DNA of 64,000 nt from Malacoraja senta (taxonomy: Eukaryota): contig JAXLNO010000113.1 in NCBI GenBank assembly GCA_038087875.1, forward strand, positions 124,001 to 188,000. The letters run 5' to 3'. Positions 24,087 to 35,969 of this stretch are shown one piece after another (positions within the stretch are counted from its first letter, which is position 1; each line of letters starts with the position of its first letter). The translations under genes were made by a program, and so were the position numbers. The notes under the pieces were generated by a model that was not told the origin of the DNA, did no database searches, and saw nothing but the letters and a program-made list of their open reading frames with translations.

Positions 24087-26619
24087 CTAGACTAAGTGCA
24101 GACCCGTTGGGTCTGCTACCGCAACGCAATATTCCACCACTCACCCGTTTCCCCAACGCAACCTGTTCCCCCAATGCAATATTCCGCCACTCACGCATAG
24201 CCCCCAATTGCGCAGGCATGGCTCATTTCCCCTCAACCCCCAGCATTCCCTCCCTCTTCTTTCCCCTCTCCTCCTCCCCTCCCCAATCCCTCCTTCACCA
24301 ATCCTTTCCCCTACCCTCAGTCACTCCCTCCCTCCTCTCCCCTCCCCCTCCTATCTCTCTATCCCCTACCTTCCCCTATCCCCCCCACTATCCTTCCTGA
24401 CCTCTCCCCCTGTCCTCCTCTCCCTCTATACCCCCTCCTCCTCCTCCTCTCTTACTGCTCACCTCCCCCACTTTCCCTCCTCTCCCTCAATCCCCCCAGA
24501 CCTCCCCAGAATCTTTCCCCTCTCTTCCCCCAATCCCTCCCTCCCTCCCCTTTCCCCTACCCCCAGTCACCTCCTCCATACAAAGCAGCATCTGCAGGTA
24601 GGGTGTGCGTGTGTGTCTCTCTCTCTCTCTCGCCAGCCCGGCCCTGCACTGCCCACCTGCTGCTGCCGCTCAGCCTGTCCCCGCCCTGCCCAGCCCACCT
24701 GCCACCGCGGGGGGGGGGGGGGGGGGGGAGATGGAGTCGATGTTCGTCACGGTGGACACCATGAGGTTTGATGAGCTGGTGAACAAGATCTCCCCCCGAG
24801 AGGGCGAGTTACTGCAGCGGCGGTGACGTAGACGGACGGTCGCAGCCATTCACCCGGGGGGACGGGTAGAGACGGGACCGCCATTGCTGCAGAGGGCGGG
24901 CGGGGGAGAGGGGTGAGTGAGGGGGGGAGAGAGATGGGACCAGGGGGGGAGATGGTAGACAAGTTCCTGTGAGAAGGGGAGAGAGGCGTTTGTGAGTGAG
25001 GTGGGAGAGGCCGCGGTGCAGGAAGGGGCATCGCCGTCCCGGCCGTGGCGTTGATTGACAGGAGAGGAGACCAATATGCGCATGCGCGGTTTTTAAACCT
25101 TAATAACTTAAAAAATATACCATAGATAGTCTTAATGACTACAGGCCTGTCGCACTGACCTCTGTAGTCATGAAGACACTCGAAAGGCTTGTGCTGGCCA
25201 AGCTGAAAAATATCACAAACCCCCTGCTGGACCCTCAGCAGTTTGCATATCGGGCCAATAGATCTGTGGATGATGCAGTCAACCTGGGCCTGCACTTCAT
25301 CCTACAGCACCTAGACTGCCAGGGGACCTATGCGAGGATCCTGTTTGTTGATTTTAGCTCTGCATTCAACACCATCGTGCCAGAGCTACTACACTCCAAA
25401 CTTTCCGAGTTGACTGTGCCTGAACCCCTCTGTCGGTGGATCACCAGCTTCCTGACAGACAGGAAGCAGCATGTGAGGCTGGGAAAGCACATCTCAGACC
25501 CGCAAACGCTCAGCATAGGAGCAACGCAAGGCTGCGTACTCTCTCCGCTCCTCTACACCAACGACTGCACCTCCACAGACACCTCTGTCAAGCTTCTCAA
25601 GTTTGCGGACGATTGGACTGATCAGGATGGGGAGGAATCTGCCTACAGACAGGAAGTGTCACAGCTGGCATCCTGGTGCCATCGCAACAACCTAGAGCTC
25701 AATGCTCTTAAGACAATGGAATTGTTTGTAGACTTTAGGAGAGCTCCAACTCCACTCACCCCACTCACCATCAACAACACCACAGTCACATCTGTGGAGT
25801 CTTTTAAGTTCCTGGGAACCATCATCTCCAAGGACTTTAAGTGGGGGGCTACCATCGACTCCACAATCAAAAAGGCACAACAGAGGATGTACTTCCTCCG
25901 GCAGCCTAGGAAGCACAATCTGTCACAGGCAATGATGGTCCAATTCTACACGGCCATCGTAGAGTCTGTTCTCACCTTCTCCATCATGGTCTGGTTTGGC
26001 TCAGCCACCAAGCACGACACCTGGAGGCTGCAGCGAATCGTCTGATCAGCAGAGAAGGTTATTGGCTGCAACCTTCCCTCCGTTGATGTACACTGCAAGG
26101 GCCAGGAAGCGAGCGGGCAAGATCATCTCTCACCCCTCTCACCCTGGCCACAAACTCTTTGAATCACTTCCCTCTGGAAGGCGACTCCGGACTGTCAAAG
26201 CTGTCACAGCCAGAAAATAAAAACAGTTTTTATCCACGAGTAGTTGCTCTACTCAACAGCCAAAAATCCGTAGCTTCCCTTTGATCTGGTATTTGTTGGT
26301 TCACATGCTTGATCAATGGTGTTTTATCATTAATGTTTTATTATTATTAATGTGTAGTGTTTTCCGAGTCATTCGTAACTGTCACTGTATGTCATGTTGT
26401 TACTTGTGGGCGGAGCACCAAGGCAAATTCCTTGTATGTGAATACTTGGCCAATAAACTTACTTACTTACTTAGATCGGAACAAAACTTGTTGCACTTGC
26501 AGCACAGGAGAATGGTAAGGTGGTGAAGAATCGTAGCGCTATCGTGTACCGTTTTTGCGCAAATAGAAAAACCACGCAAACCGGAAGAGCACAAGATCAG
26601 AGTTTTAGTTATATATAGA
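24087..26619 (-). mobile_element. Non-autonomous Helitron, with a Rex1 nested inside
   Basis: Minus strand starts TCTATATATAACTAAAA and ends ...AGTCTAG|T; 8-bp-stem GC hairpin GCAGACCC-AAC-GGGTCTGC (24098-24116) 11 nt from the end; no TSD. The 5' flank base is G rather than the canonical A. Confidence 0.8.
25128..26471 (+). mobile_element. Rex1/Babar-clade LINE, 5'-truncated
   Basis: NDYRPVALTSVVMK, DPQQFAYRANRSVDDA, LFVDFSSAFNTI, QGCVLSP and KFADD motifs; AATAAA plus (CTTA)n tail; tagat duplicated at 25123-25127 and 26472-26476. Confidence 0.92.
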
Positions 26620-28855
26620 CTACAGAACATTATCCCTAGACTTGCTTCCCATGTAGCTTATTTAAGAGAACAATAAAAACTATAAAATGTGGTTTGCTGC
26701 ACATCATGAACATAATATTGTATAATGATAAAGTGACAGAAATTCACTATTAATGTCCAACACATATCTATATTGCAAATGGTATTGTGTGATTTTCAAA
26801 CCAACCTTTGGAAATTATTCACTGACTTTGTTTCACAATCTGAATCAAGTAAGAAGAGCTCCAAATTGATTTGCAGCCACCTCTGAAGACTGAATATACA
26901 GGCTGTCCTCAGGTTATAAACGTAGATTTATGAATGAGTGAACAAGCTCCCATAATATTTTTAAATACAAACATCCTACGTATGTACACGTTTGTTCTTA
27001 TAAACGGCCAAGCTTGTAGTTTTAATGATTGTTCTTTCTTATCAGCATTGTGCTTTGGATGTCATTCACTACAATACTATGGAAGTACATAGTTATTTAC
27101 AGAAGCCTGTAAAAATAGAACACATTGCCCAGGAACAACCATACATGCAGCACCTCAATGCATTGACAACATACAAATACTTTTGCAATTTCTCAACATC
27201 AAGGCATCAGAGTATTTGTAGAAGAACCATTATTTTTTTCACTCATGATTTCTGAATGCTTTTGTATTTTGTATGCAGTTAAGATAATTTTCTGGCATCT
27301 GTGTTAGTTAATTCATAACCTGTTACTTTGCAACAATTTAGAATTAAACAAATATTTTTAATTTATAAAATAAAAATAATTAGACAAATAATAATCATGC
27401 ATGTCTCCATTATTTATGGCAACATTTGGCTAACTGGACAATCACCAATCTGCATATTGAAGAATGTATTACTATTGCATTGTAGCCAACTAGGACTGTA
27501 AAAGGAAACACATTTATGTACACCACGTTTTTTTTAAAGTTGGGACAAAAGTAAACAATCTCTAATTATATTGAGCTTTTCATGTTCTGTGACCCTTTTT
27601 CTCTAACTTTAGTAATTTTTCTTTATTCCATGCTTTGCAAGTTGTTGGAACCAAATTAAAAAAAAAGGCTTTTCACACGTGTCTCATGCCATATGTCACA
27701 TTTTCCATTATGTAAATGAAAGAAAATGCTGACATAATTATGTGCGTTTCCCTTATTATGAATTGTATATTCAAACAATCCTTAAACTTTATCATTTTTT
27801 GGAAATGGGAGAAAATAATATCTATTGCGCTTTTAAAACAGGAAGAAAATACTCTACATTGGGGACAGAACAGTGGTTGCTGAGCAGAAACGAATTATTG
27901 ATAGAACAGAAGGGAAACATTCATAGGATTTGAAAGGTGTAGGGCAATAGGGAGAGAGAATGATCAAAGGGATATCCAGAGTAGGTTTAAGAATAGTTTG
28001 AAAAACAAGGAGTCAGGAAGATCAGGATGATCAAGATGGTATAATCCATGGATCAGACAATCAAACAATGACCTATTCTCTCTCCAATATCACCTTCAAT
28101 CTGCAGATATATAATCTATAAATTCCATTTCTAGCTTTCTGATCAACCCTGAATATATCCCAAATGTAATCACCTCAAATAGGCAAATGTATCTTCGGCA
28201 ATCAAGACATCCTCCTCTGGCATTCCATATTTAATCTAATTTAGTTCTCTGGTCAAGTCCCTCCGATCCAAATCCTGACAAGGAATACTTTATAAATCTC
28301 AACGAAATCAGCGTTGCCAAAAAACCCCAATAAAGATGACATCATTGTACAAACTGCAACTTTAAAACACTATTAACCCCTCGCCTCCCACCATACACGT
28401 ATAAAGCTATAAATCACTTTAAGTAATCCATTCTTTTTCCCATTTCAATTTAGGGTTACCTGCTGTTGGACTATTACTTATTACAAAATATTGCATCTGA
28501 AGTTGCATGGAATTCCCTTTGTTTTGCTGTCGATCCTAAAAGGTGTATTTCATATCAAGCTACAGCAGGGCTGCCAACTCTCACGCATTGAGCGTGAGAA
28601 TCACGCATTTGGCTAAATTCTCATGCTGATCACAAATTTCTCATGCTCTGTCGTGAGAAATTCTGTGATAAACGAAAATTAAAAAATGCATATGAACTGC
28701 ATGGGCCGTGGTTGTTGGAGAGCCGGGGCTAAGGGAGGGATGGAAGCAGAAGCAGTGGCGGGGACAGATGCGGACGGGGAGCCGGGGATGGTGAGTGTTT
28801 GCCGGGCTGGCGGGTATTTATCGGGCTGGCGAGTTGCTCGTTGCAGCTCCTGGCC

Positions 28856-29018
28856 ATGGAGCAGCCTCAGTGCAAGAGTCCTGGGCCGTCGGAGGCGTCG
28901 GAAGCGTTGCGCCACAGCCGTGAGAGTCTCTGTGCCGAATTCGCCCTGGTGGACCTGCATGGACCTGGCTGTGGCTCGGTGCATCCTGGAGGACAACCAA
29001 TGGCTGCTGGAAATAAGT
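28856..29018 (+). pseudogene. TDP2: Captured fragment resembling TDP2 exon 1 (N-terminal UBA-like domain), with a +1 frameshift and a mutated donor
   Basis: GCCATGG start; MEQPQCKSPGPSEASEALRHSRESLCAEFALV/TCMDLAVARCILEDNQWLLE compared with human TDP2 RRLLCVEFASVASCDAAVAQCFLAENDWEME (recalled from memory); followed by GAA|ATAAGT, one change from GTAAGT. Confidence 0.75.
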
Positions 29019-29116
29019 ACCAAGCACTGGGTAGAAACGGTGGAAGATAGTGGCCTTCATATGGGGGTGGTTGGAGAAAGCATCCTGCTTGCCTGCTAGA
29101 TTTTTACTTACTGTAA

Positions 29117-29460
29117 CTGCAGGAAACATGTTCCTGATGTTGGGGAAGTTCAGAACCAGGGGTTACATAGTTTAAGAATAATGGGTAGGCCATTAGACTG
29201 AGATGAGGACAAACTTTCTTCACCCAGAAAGTTGTGAATCTGTGGAATTCTCTACCACAGAAGGTAATGGAGGCCAATTCACTGGATGTTTTCAAGAGAG
29301 AGTTACATTTAGCTCTTGGGGCTAGCGAAATCAAGGGATATCGGGAAAAAACAGGAAAGAGGTACTGATTTTAGATGAGCAGCCCTGATCATATTGAATG
29401 GCAGTGCTGGCTCGAAGGGCCGAATGGCCTATTCCTGCACCTATTTTCTATGTTTCTATG
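29117..29460 (+). mobile_element. CR1 3' fragment inside the hAT cargo
   Basis: Same sequence family as 2335-2676. Confidence 0.88.
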
Positions 29461-31259
29461 CATGAGTATATGGCAATAAAACTCGACCACTTGATTTTGA
29501 AGCATTCATGCATGGTGGAGGTATAATGTAGTCATAGAGTGATACAGTGTGAAAACAGGCCCTTCGGCCCAACTTGCCCACACCCACCAACATGTTCCAG
29601 CTACACTACCTGCTTTTGGTCCATATCCCTCCAAGCCTGTCCTAACCATGTATCAGTCTAACTTTCTCTTAAATGTTGGGATAGTTGCTGGCTTAACTAC
29701 CTCCTCTGGCAACTTGTTCCATACACCCACCACCCTTTGTGTGGAAAGTTACCCCTTAAAAAGTTACCTCTTAAAATTACTTCAAACAAAAAACATTGAA
29801 ATCATACTTCTACAATGCACTAAAACATGATTTTAATACATCAAATTTGAAAATGTCCGTACCGTGGGAGGGGGGACACCCCACTCCCACACCCTCCCCC
29901 CACTCCCTCGCTGGGTACCCCCAAGGCCAGTGATCAGTGATCGCTCAGCCTCCCCACTTTCAAAAATGCTCCGTGGCCCCTGGTTCAGACAGAGAGCACT
30001 GCCAGATGTGAGCGGGGAACTGAGGGCCAGTTGTCCATGATGTCTGGATCCCAATGCTCAGCGCTTCGTGTTTCGGAGTTGGCTAATGTTATTGATTTGT
30101 AATTAGCCTGATTTGTAATTAGTTGCCAAAACCTTAATTTATTAATCCAAAATATCCAGGGGGATGGGATAAGTGTAATATTAAAATGACATGCAAGGTG
30201 CCAGGCTGTCTGTCACAACATACAGTCCCGATAACCCATTATTTCCTTCAGTTAAATATTGGGAAGGTAGCACTATTATCATTTGCCACTCAACTATTAT
30301 GTTTGTTTACCTCACTGACTATTTCTAAACACACCCCCCAAAATTCCTTTGACAGGTTGAATAGAAATGTCCCCAATTCTCGTTGTTTTATTAATTGAAC
30401 ACATAGATGAACATCCTCAAGGAGTGTAATCAGATGGAAATGGATTCAGATGTGATGTTTTAGAGCTTGTTCAAAGAAGGGGCATATTTTAAAGGAGTGA
30501 CAGAGATACTTGCAGGGGAATGTGTGAGGAGGTTATTATTTGTCTTTAGTTTTAGCTTGAACCAGGACATCTGAAGATTCAAAGTTTAATATAGTAATTG
30601 TGCTGATATGGACTCCACCCAACCAGGTAATGAATATCATCTATTCCGGAGGTTTTATTTTTCTGATGCCATTTAAACTTCACTTGGATTTCAATGTAAA
30701 AGTAATTGTGAATGGGGAGCATTGGAACAAAATTTTTCCCTCGGTACATATTTAACTGTAATATAATAATGTATGCATGTTGGTAGGTGCAATCAAAACA
30801 AAGATCTTTTTTACCATTGTTGTGTTATGAATACCACAGCAAATATTATGTAATCTCAAGATCACATTTAATAGAATAATATTGCTTAAATATATAATTA
30901 TTGAACTTTGCATTTCGGAAAAGTCCCAGCTGAGAGGAAGACAGCAAAACACTGAAAATATTGGGGGTGAAAATGACTTTAGGACAGTTTGTTAGGAAAA
31001 TGAAGGAAATGATAACAGAATACTTATACAGCTGAGTGAGTATAATTTTATGGATGAGAAATTGTGTTCAACCAACTGATGACTTCTTTGACAAAGTAAC
31101 TAGCATGTTAGATAACAAGGAAGCCAATGGATGCAGCAAATTTTGTTATACAAAATTTGGTCTGTGAAGTGCCCCATAAAAGAATACCGGATTAGATAAG
31201 CACCTGTGGACTTGAACGTAATAGGTTAAGTCCAGGGGGTCAGATATGGGGTTTATGTG

Positions 31260-31545
31260 TGGGTCAGATATATTGTCAGTGCAGAGGGGCTAGGAGCAAG
31301 GCCAAGTGTGCATCCAGAGTCAAGGTCTGGAATAGTACTAGGTGTGCAGTCAAAACTGGGACAATGGGAGTGTTCAGCACTGGGAACCTAAGCAGGTAAG
31401 CAGCTATGATCAGGGTAGAATAGGGGGCCAGGTGTACGGCTGGATCCAGGGTCAAAATGAGAGAAGGTATGCAACTGGAGTCAGGGTCAGGAGTAGTACC
31501 AGGTGTGCAGTGAGACTCAGGTTGGTCAACATGGGCCAAGTGTTT
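31260..31545. repeat. Degenerate tandem repeat, unit about 35 bp (aggtgtgcag...gtcagggtcaggagtagtacc)
   Basis: Recurrent aggtgtgca and cagggt motifs. Confidence 0.55.
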
Positions 31546-32886
31546 GATTATAATCTGATTTCCATACATGAATATACTAAGATCATTTAAGTGCTGCACG
31601 TGTTGATCAGAGTCTGGCTCTACTGTGGAATGTAATTAGAATTGTAATTTAACCTAACCTTATTCATAGCTAATCCAATATAAAGCATTAATATTGCATT
31701 CAAGTGCAAGTTAAAAGACTCGCTACAGTATGCACCAGATTGCACAATTTCAAACTGAAAAATGCAAAAGCTCCGTACCAATGGGAGGGGGGACAACCCC
31801 CCTCGGTTACTACGTTCCCTCGGGCTTGGTCTCTCGCAATTTCTCACTCCCAACTCTCACCCAATGTTGGCAGCCCTGAGCTACAGCATTTGCACTAAAC
31901 TAGATATTGTAATTGTTTCTGTATTATACAGCTGGTTATAGAGGAGACATTAAAGACCAAATCAGTTCTCAAGGAGATGTATATTTCCCTCAATATTTAG
32001 TACAGTTTTATGTGGCCGTGTGTCTTGTTGCTTTTCATTTCGTATGAATGAATGGTAACTCAAATTTCACTGTACTTTAATAGGTACATGTGACAATAAA
32101 CTGACCATGAAACCTTGAACAGTTTAACATGACATCAATTTGAAAAGAAAAATTCAATTTGAGGTGGAAATACTGATGAAATGCAGAAATCTAATTGTGC
32201 ATTTTTCTTACAAGATCTGCAGTTTACAACACAAAAAGAGTTAGAAATGCATGCAGTTTTTAAGGCAAAGATTTTACAGAAACTTGCAGACACAAAGGGA
32301 TACTCATCAAAGTACAAATTGTTGGCTGATTTATGCCTCTCCAATATTAATTTTGCAAACACTGCATCTCCAGATTTTCACAGTTGCTGCATTTGCACTT
32401 TGATTGCCTATTCTTCCTACTCTTCAGCAGTCCCCTGGGTTGAAGATGACTGGCTTTCACTCATTTCTATGGGTTCAGTAGGGAACAAAACTTACTGCTG
32501 ATGGAAATCAGCAGTTTGTGCAGCACCTATGGGGAAATTGAATTATTGCTGATTTGGGTCAAGACCTTACATGCAAGGTCTCGACCCAAAATGTTGACAA
32601 TTCCTTCCAACCCCGGATAGATACCCGTGTAGCTGCAGCAAGAAACAAAAAATCTATTCTGGTGCATGTGACAATGAAACGATTTTGAGATGCTGCTCAA
32701 CTCCGAGTTCCTCCAGTAGTTTGTTGCTTCAGATTCCAGCACCTGCAGTTTCTGTGATGTGGCTGATGGAAGCTGTTAAACTTTTCACAGAAAGTTGAGC
32801 AATTAATAGTGCAGCATGGAGGCACAAGGTATTGCAGATTTTGGTTTACAAAAAAAAAATATATACAAACTGCTGGACTAATTCAA

Positions 32887-33735
32887 GATAGATAGATAAA
32901 CATTTATTGTCACATACACCAATTGGTGTAGTGAAATTTGATTTGCCATGCAGCACACAAATAAAGATAACATTAAGGAATTTAACAATAACATAAAAAC
33001 ATCCCCCCACAATGGTTCTCACTGTGGGGGAAGGCAGCAAAGTCCAGTCCCATCCCCAGTTCACCCATAGTCGGGGCTTATTGAGGCCTCTGCAGTCGCC
33101 GATATGGCAGCCCGATGCCTCAGGCCCTCTCGCTGGATGATGAAGCTTTGGCGTCGGGTGAACACTCTCAGCGGCCCGGAGTATCTGGAGCGGCCGCCAC
33201 CTCCCAGGAAACCGCGGCTCCCGAAGTCCACGAGCCGCGCTGGTCGATGCTCCGACTCTGGCGACCTCGTCGTGAGATCCCAGGCTCCGCGGTGTTTAAA
33301 AAGCTCAGCGCCGCCCGCGGCTGGAAGCTCCGCAGACCGCTGACCGCAGACCACAGACCGCAGCTCCGCGATGTTGGTGCCGGCTGTCACAGCACTCCGG
33401 AGCTTACTGCACGGCGACCCGTGTTAGGCATCGCCCGCTCCGCGATGGTGCTTCAGCGCTGTGCCGCCGCCGAAGCTGAAGTCCTGGCCAGTCCCGGCAG
33501 GAAAATGCCGCTCCAGTCTGCCCGTAGGCCGCGAGGAAGGGGCGAAGATATGGCTCGGAGAAAAGCCGCAACTCCGACCAGGTAGGTACTGAGAAAATAG
33601 TTTCCCCCTTCCCCCCACATAAAAAGACTAAAAGACCTCCAAAACAAACACTTTCAACTAACTAAAAATAAAAAAAGGGTGCAAAGACTAACAGCTGCTG
33701 GCAGGGCAGCCATACTCGACGGCGCCCCAGGTGGT
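32887..33735 (-). mobile_element. Non-coding GC-rich retroposon with Rex1-like 5' and 3' ends
   Basis: Minus strand starts ccacctggggcgccgtcgagtatggctgcc and ends ...aatttcactacaccaattggtgtatgtgacaataaatgtt(tatc)n; no RT sequence. Confidence 0.6.
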
Positions 33736-33889
33736 ATTTCATGAATCCTCATCCTTGTTTAGTTAGACGTTGCTCTTATTTAATGGAAGGAAATAAAAAA
33801 CTGAAAAGGAAAAAGGAAATTCAGACACTGAGCAGCAAATCCATCGAATACCATGTAGTTTGATTTTTGTTTCACAATGAAACTTCAAG

Positions 33890-34025
33890 GTCAGGCAGCA
33901 TCTCAAGAGAATATTGGATAGGTGAGGTTTCAGGTCTGAAAGGTCCTGACCCGGAACATCACCTATCTATGTCCCCCCGAGATGCTGCCTGAACTGCTGA
34001 GTTACTCCGGCATTGTGTCTTTTTT
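33890..34025. mobile_element. Head-to-head Penelope-end fragments (fold-back)
   Basis: tcaggcagcatctc...gataggtga inverted against tcacctatc...gagatgctgcctga. Confidence 0.65.
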
Positions 34026-35969
34026 GATAATGTAGCATTATTTGAACAGTGTGATAAATGTCACCACCTACCAATCTTTCTCGCAAAGTAAACACGTACA
34101 GAAGCTCATTTCCTCAGGTTGTCGAATTTAACTATTCTAACATTATGTCATGTGATCCATGAAGACTGGTGAAATCTTTCATATTGTAAAACAAAAATCA
34201 AACTACATGGTATTCGATGGATTTGCTGCTCAGTGTCTGAATTTTCTTTTTCCTTTTCAGTTTTTTATTTCCTACCATTAAATAAGAGCAACGTCCAACT
34301 AAACAAGGATGAGGATTCATGAAATAGATGTCAACATTTATAATTACCTTGTGGATAAAACAAAAGCCTTTGCTGAGTAAATTCAGTCTCCAGACAGACA
34401 TATGGTACTAAATAACAGCTAGTTTCTAGTTTAAAATATTTGGCTAAACTTGTCAAACATAAAAGTGAACATATCTTTAATAAATTATATATTTTAAAGA
34501 AGAAAAAAACTTCTTGCCATGATCAGTGCATTTTCAGGACAGATAAGAATGTCCAGAACAATATCTGTGACCCTTCATAGTTCTGGTTGAGAAAACCTTT
34601 AAGCAAAATCTTTGCATACAAATGTTTGATTTACTTTGGTTGCAGCAATATCTAAGGAACTTTAAAATCAGTTTTCAATGATGTTGAGAATGTCAGATTC
34701 TTCTTTCGGACTGTTTGGAAAAAATATTCCATATCTGAGACCTATGCTCAGGCTTAACCTGATATTTCTCCATTGTTCACGCAGCACTATTGATTGCACT
34801 GTTTCTGATGCAACTGTGCTCTTAGTAAAAACAAAAATCTAATAACGTTATTTCAGACAAAAAAAAGTCATTCTAGGGAGAGGATAATCTTGCAACCAAG
34901 ATTGGCTATCACTGTTCCTAAATCACAATAGTAACTTCCACTTCAAAAGCATTTCAATAACTGCAAAGCAGTCTCAGGAATCATGGATGTGAATGGCATT
35001 ATAGAATTACGCTTATTTCAATGGGCTTCCAAACCCCCCATTTATTTTATAGTTTTTATGCTTTATGATGCAGTGGTGATGCATTACTTGAAAACAAACA
35101 TTTGAGCAGCACAGGGTCTGTTCATAAATACAATTAGTTTTCATAAAGTCATACAGTGTGGAAATAGGCCCTTCAGCCGAACTTGCCCACTCCAACCAAC
35201 CTGTCCCATCTACACTAGTTTCACCTGCCTGTGTTTGGCCGATATCCCTCTAGACTTATCCTATCGATGCACCTGTTCAATTTTGGGTAAAAGACTCTGT
35301 GCATTTCCCATATCCTCTCATGATCTTGTACACCACTATAAGATCACCCCTCATCCTCCTGCACTCCAAGAAATAAAGTCCTAGCCTCCTCAACCTATCC
35401 CAAGAGCTCAGGCCTCGGGTCCTGGCAACATCCTCCAAAATTTCTGCACCATTTCGAGCTTAACATTATCTCATTCATCAATGAGAGTGTGGAGATGCAC
35501 ATTATTTTTGGAACTGTCACTGAAGACAAATTGGGTCATAATTGTTCGGTTCCTGTCAGGCCTTCCTTGCTGTCTTAGCTAACATAAAAAATAAATGTAT
35601 TAATTTTCTCAGAATTGATCTCATCTGTCATTTTACCATATTACCCTTCACCCCACATACATCCAACTACAATTTTCGTGGTTTACAATGGACACAAAAA
35701 TGCAATAATATTCTCAAATCACATGAACATACAAATATTTTTTTCCTTAAAAAAAGTAAAGTGCTGGAGGAACTCAGTGGCTCAGGCAGCATCTGTGGAG
35801 GGAATGGACAGATGTCATTTCAGGTCAGGCTCTTTCTTCAAACTGATGGGGAAGGAGAGAAAACTGGAAAATAGGTGGGGTGGGGAAATGGCAGGCTTTA
35901 CCCCACCCCACTTTCCTAGCTTTCTCTCTTACATATCTTGCCTAGCTTTGTCCCATACCTACCTGTTTT

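Larger units (their letters stand above)
28566..31878. mobile_element. Non-autonomous hAT-type transposon carrying host DNA (Pack-TIR-like, 3313 bp)
   Basis: Perfect 13-bp TIR CAGGGCTGCCAAC...GTTGGCAGCCCTG; perfect 8-bp TSD agctacag (28558-28565 and 31879-31886); subterminal (T)CTCAC/TCACGC motifs. Confidence 0.93.

Noticed and set aside
24107..24771. Pro/Ser/Leu-rich ORFs
   Set aside because: They arise from a polypyrimidine low-complexity tract.
26899..27010. Possible Tigger-like TIR start (TA-CAGGCTGTCCTC), with a similar case at 53848
   Set aside because: No matching opposite end found, so not listed as a feature.
33061..33647. Several overlapping ORFs of up to 156 aa
   Set aside because: Expected from stop-codon scarcity in GC-rich DNA; no domain recognised.
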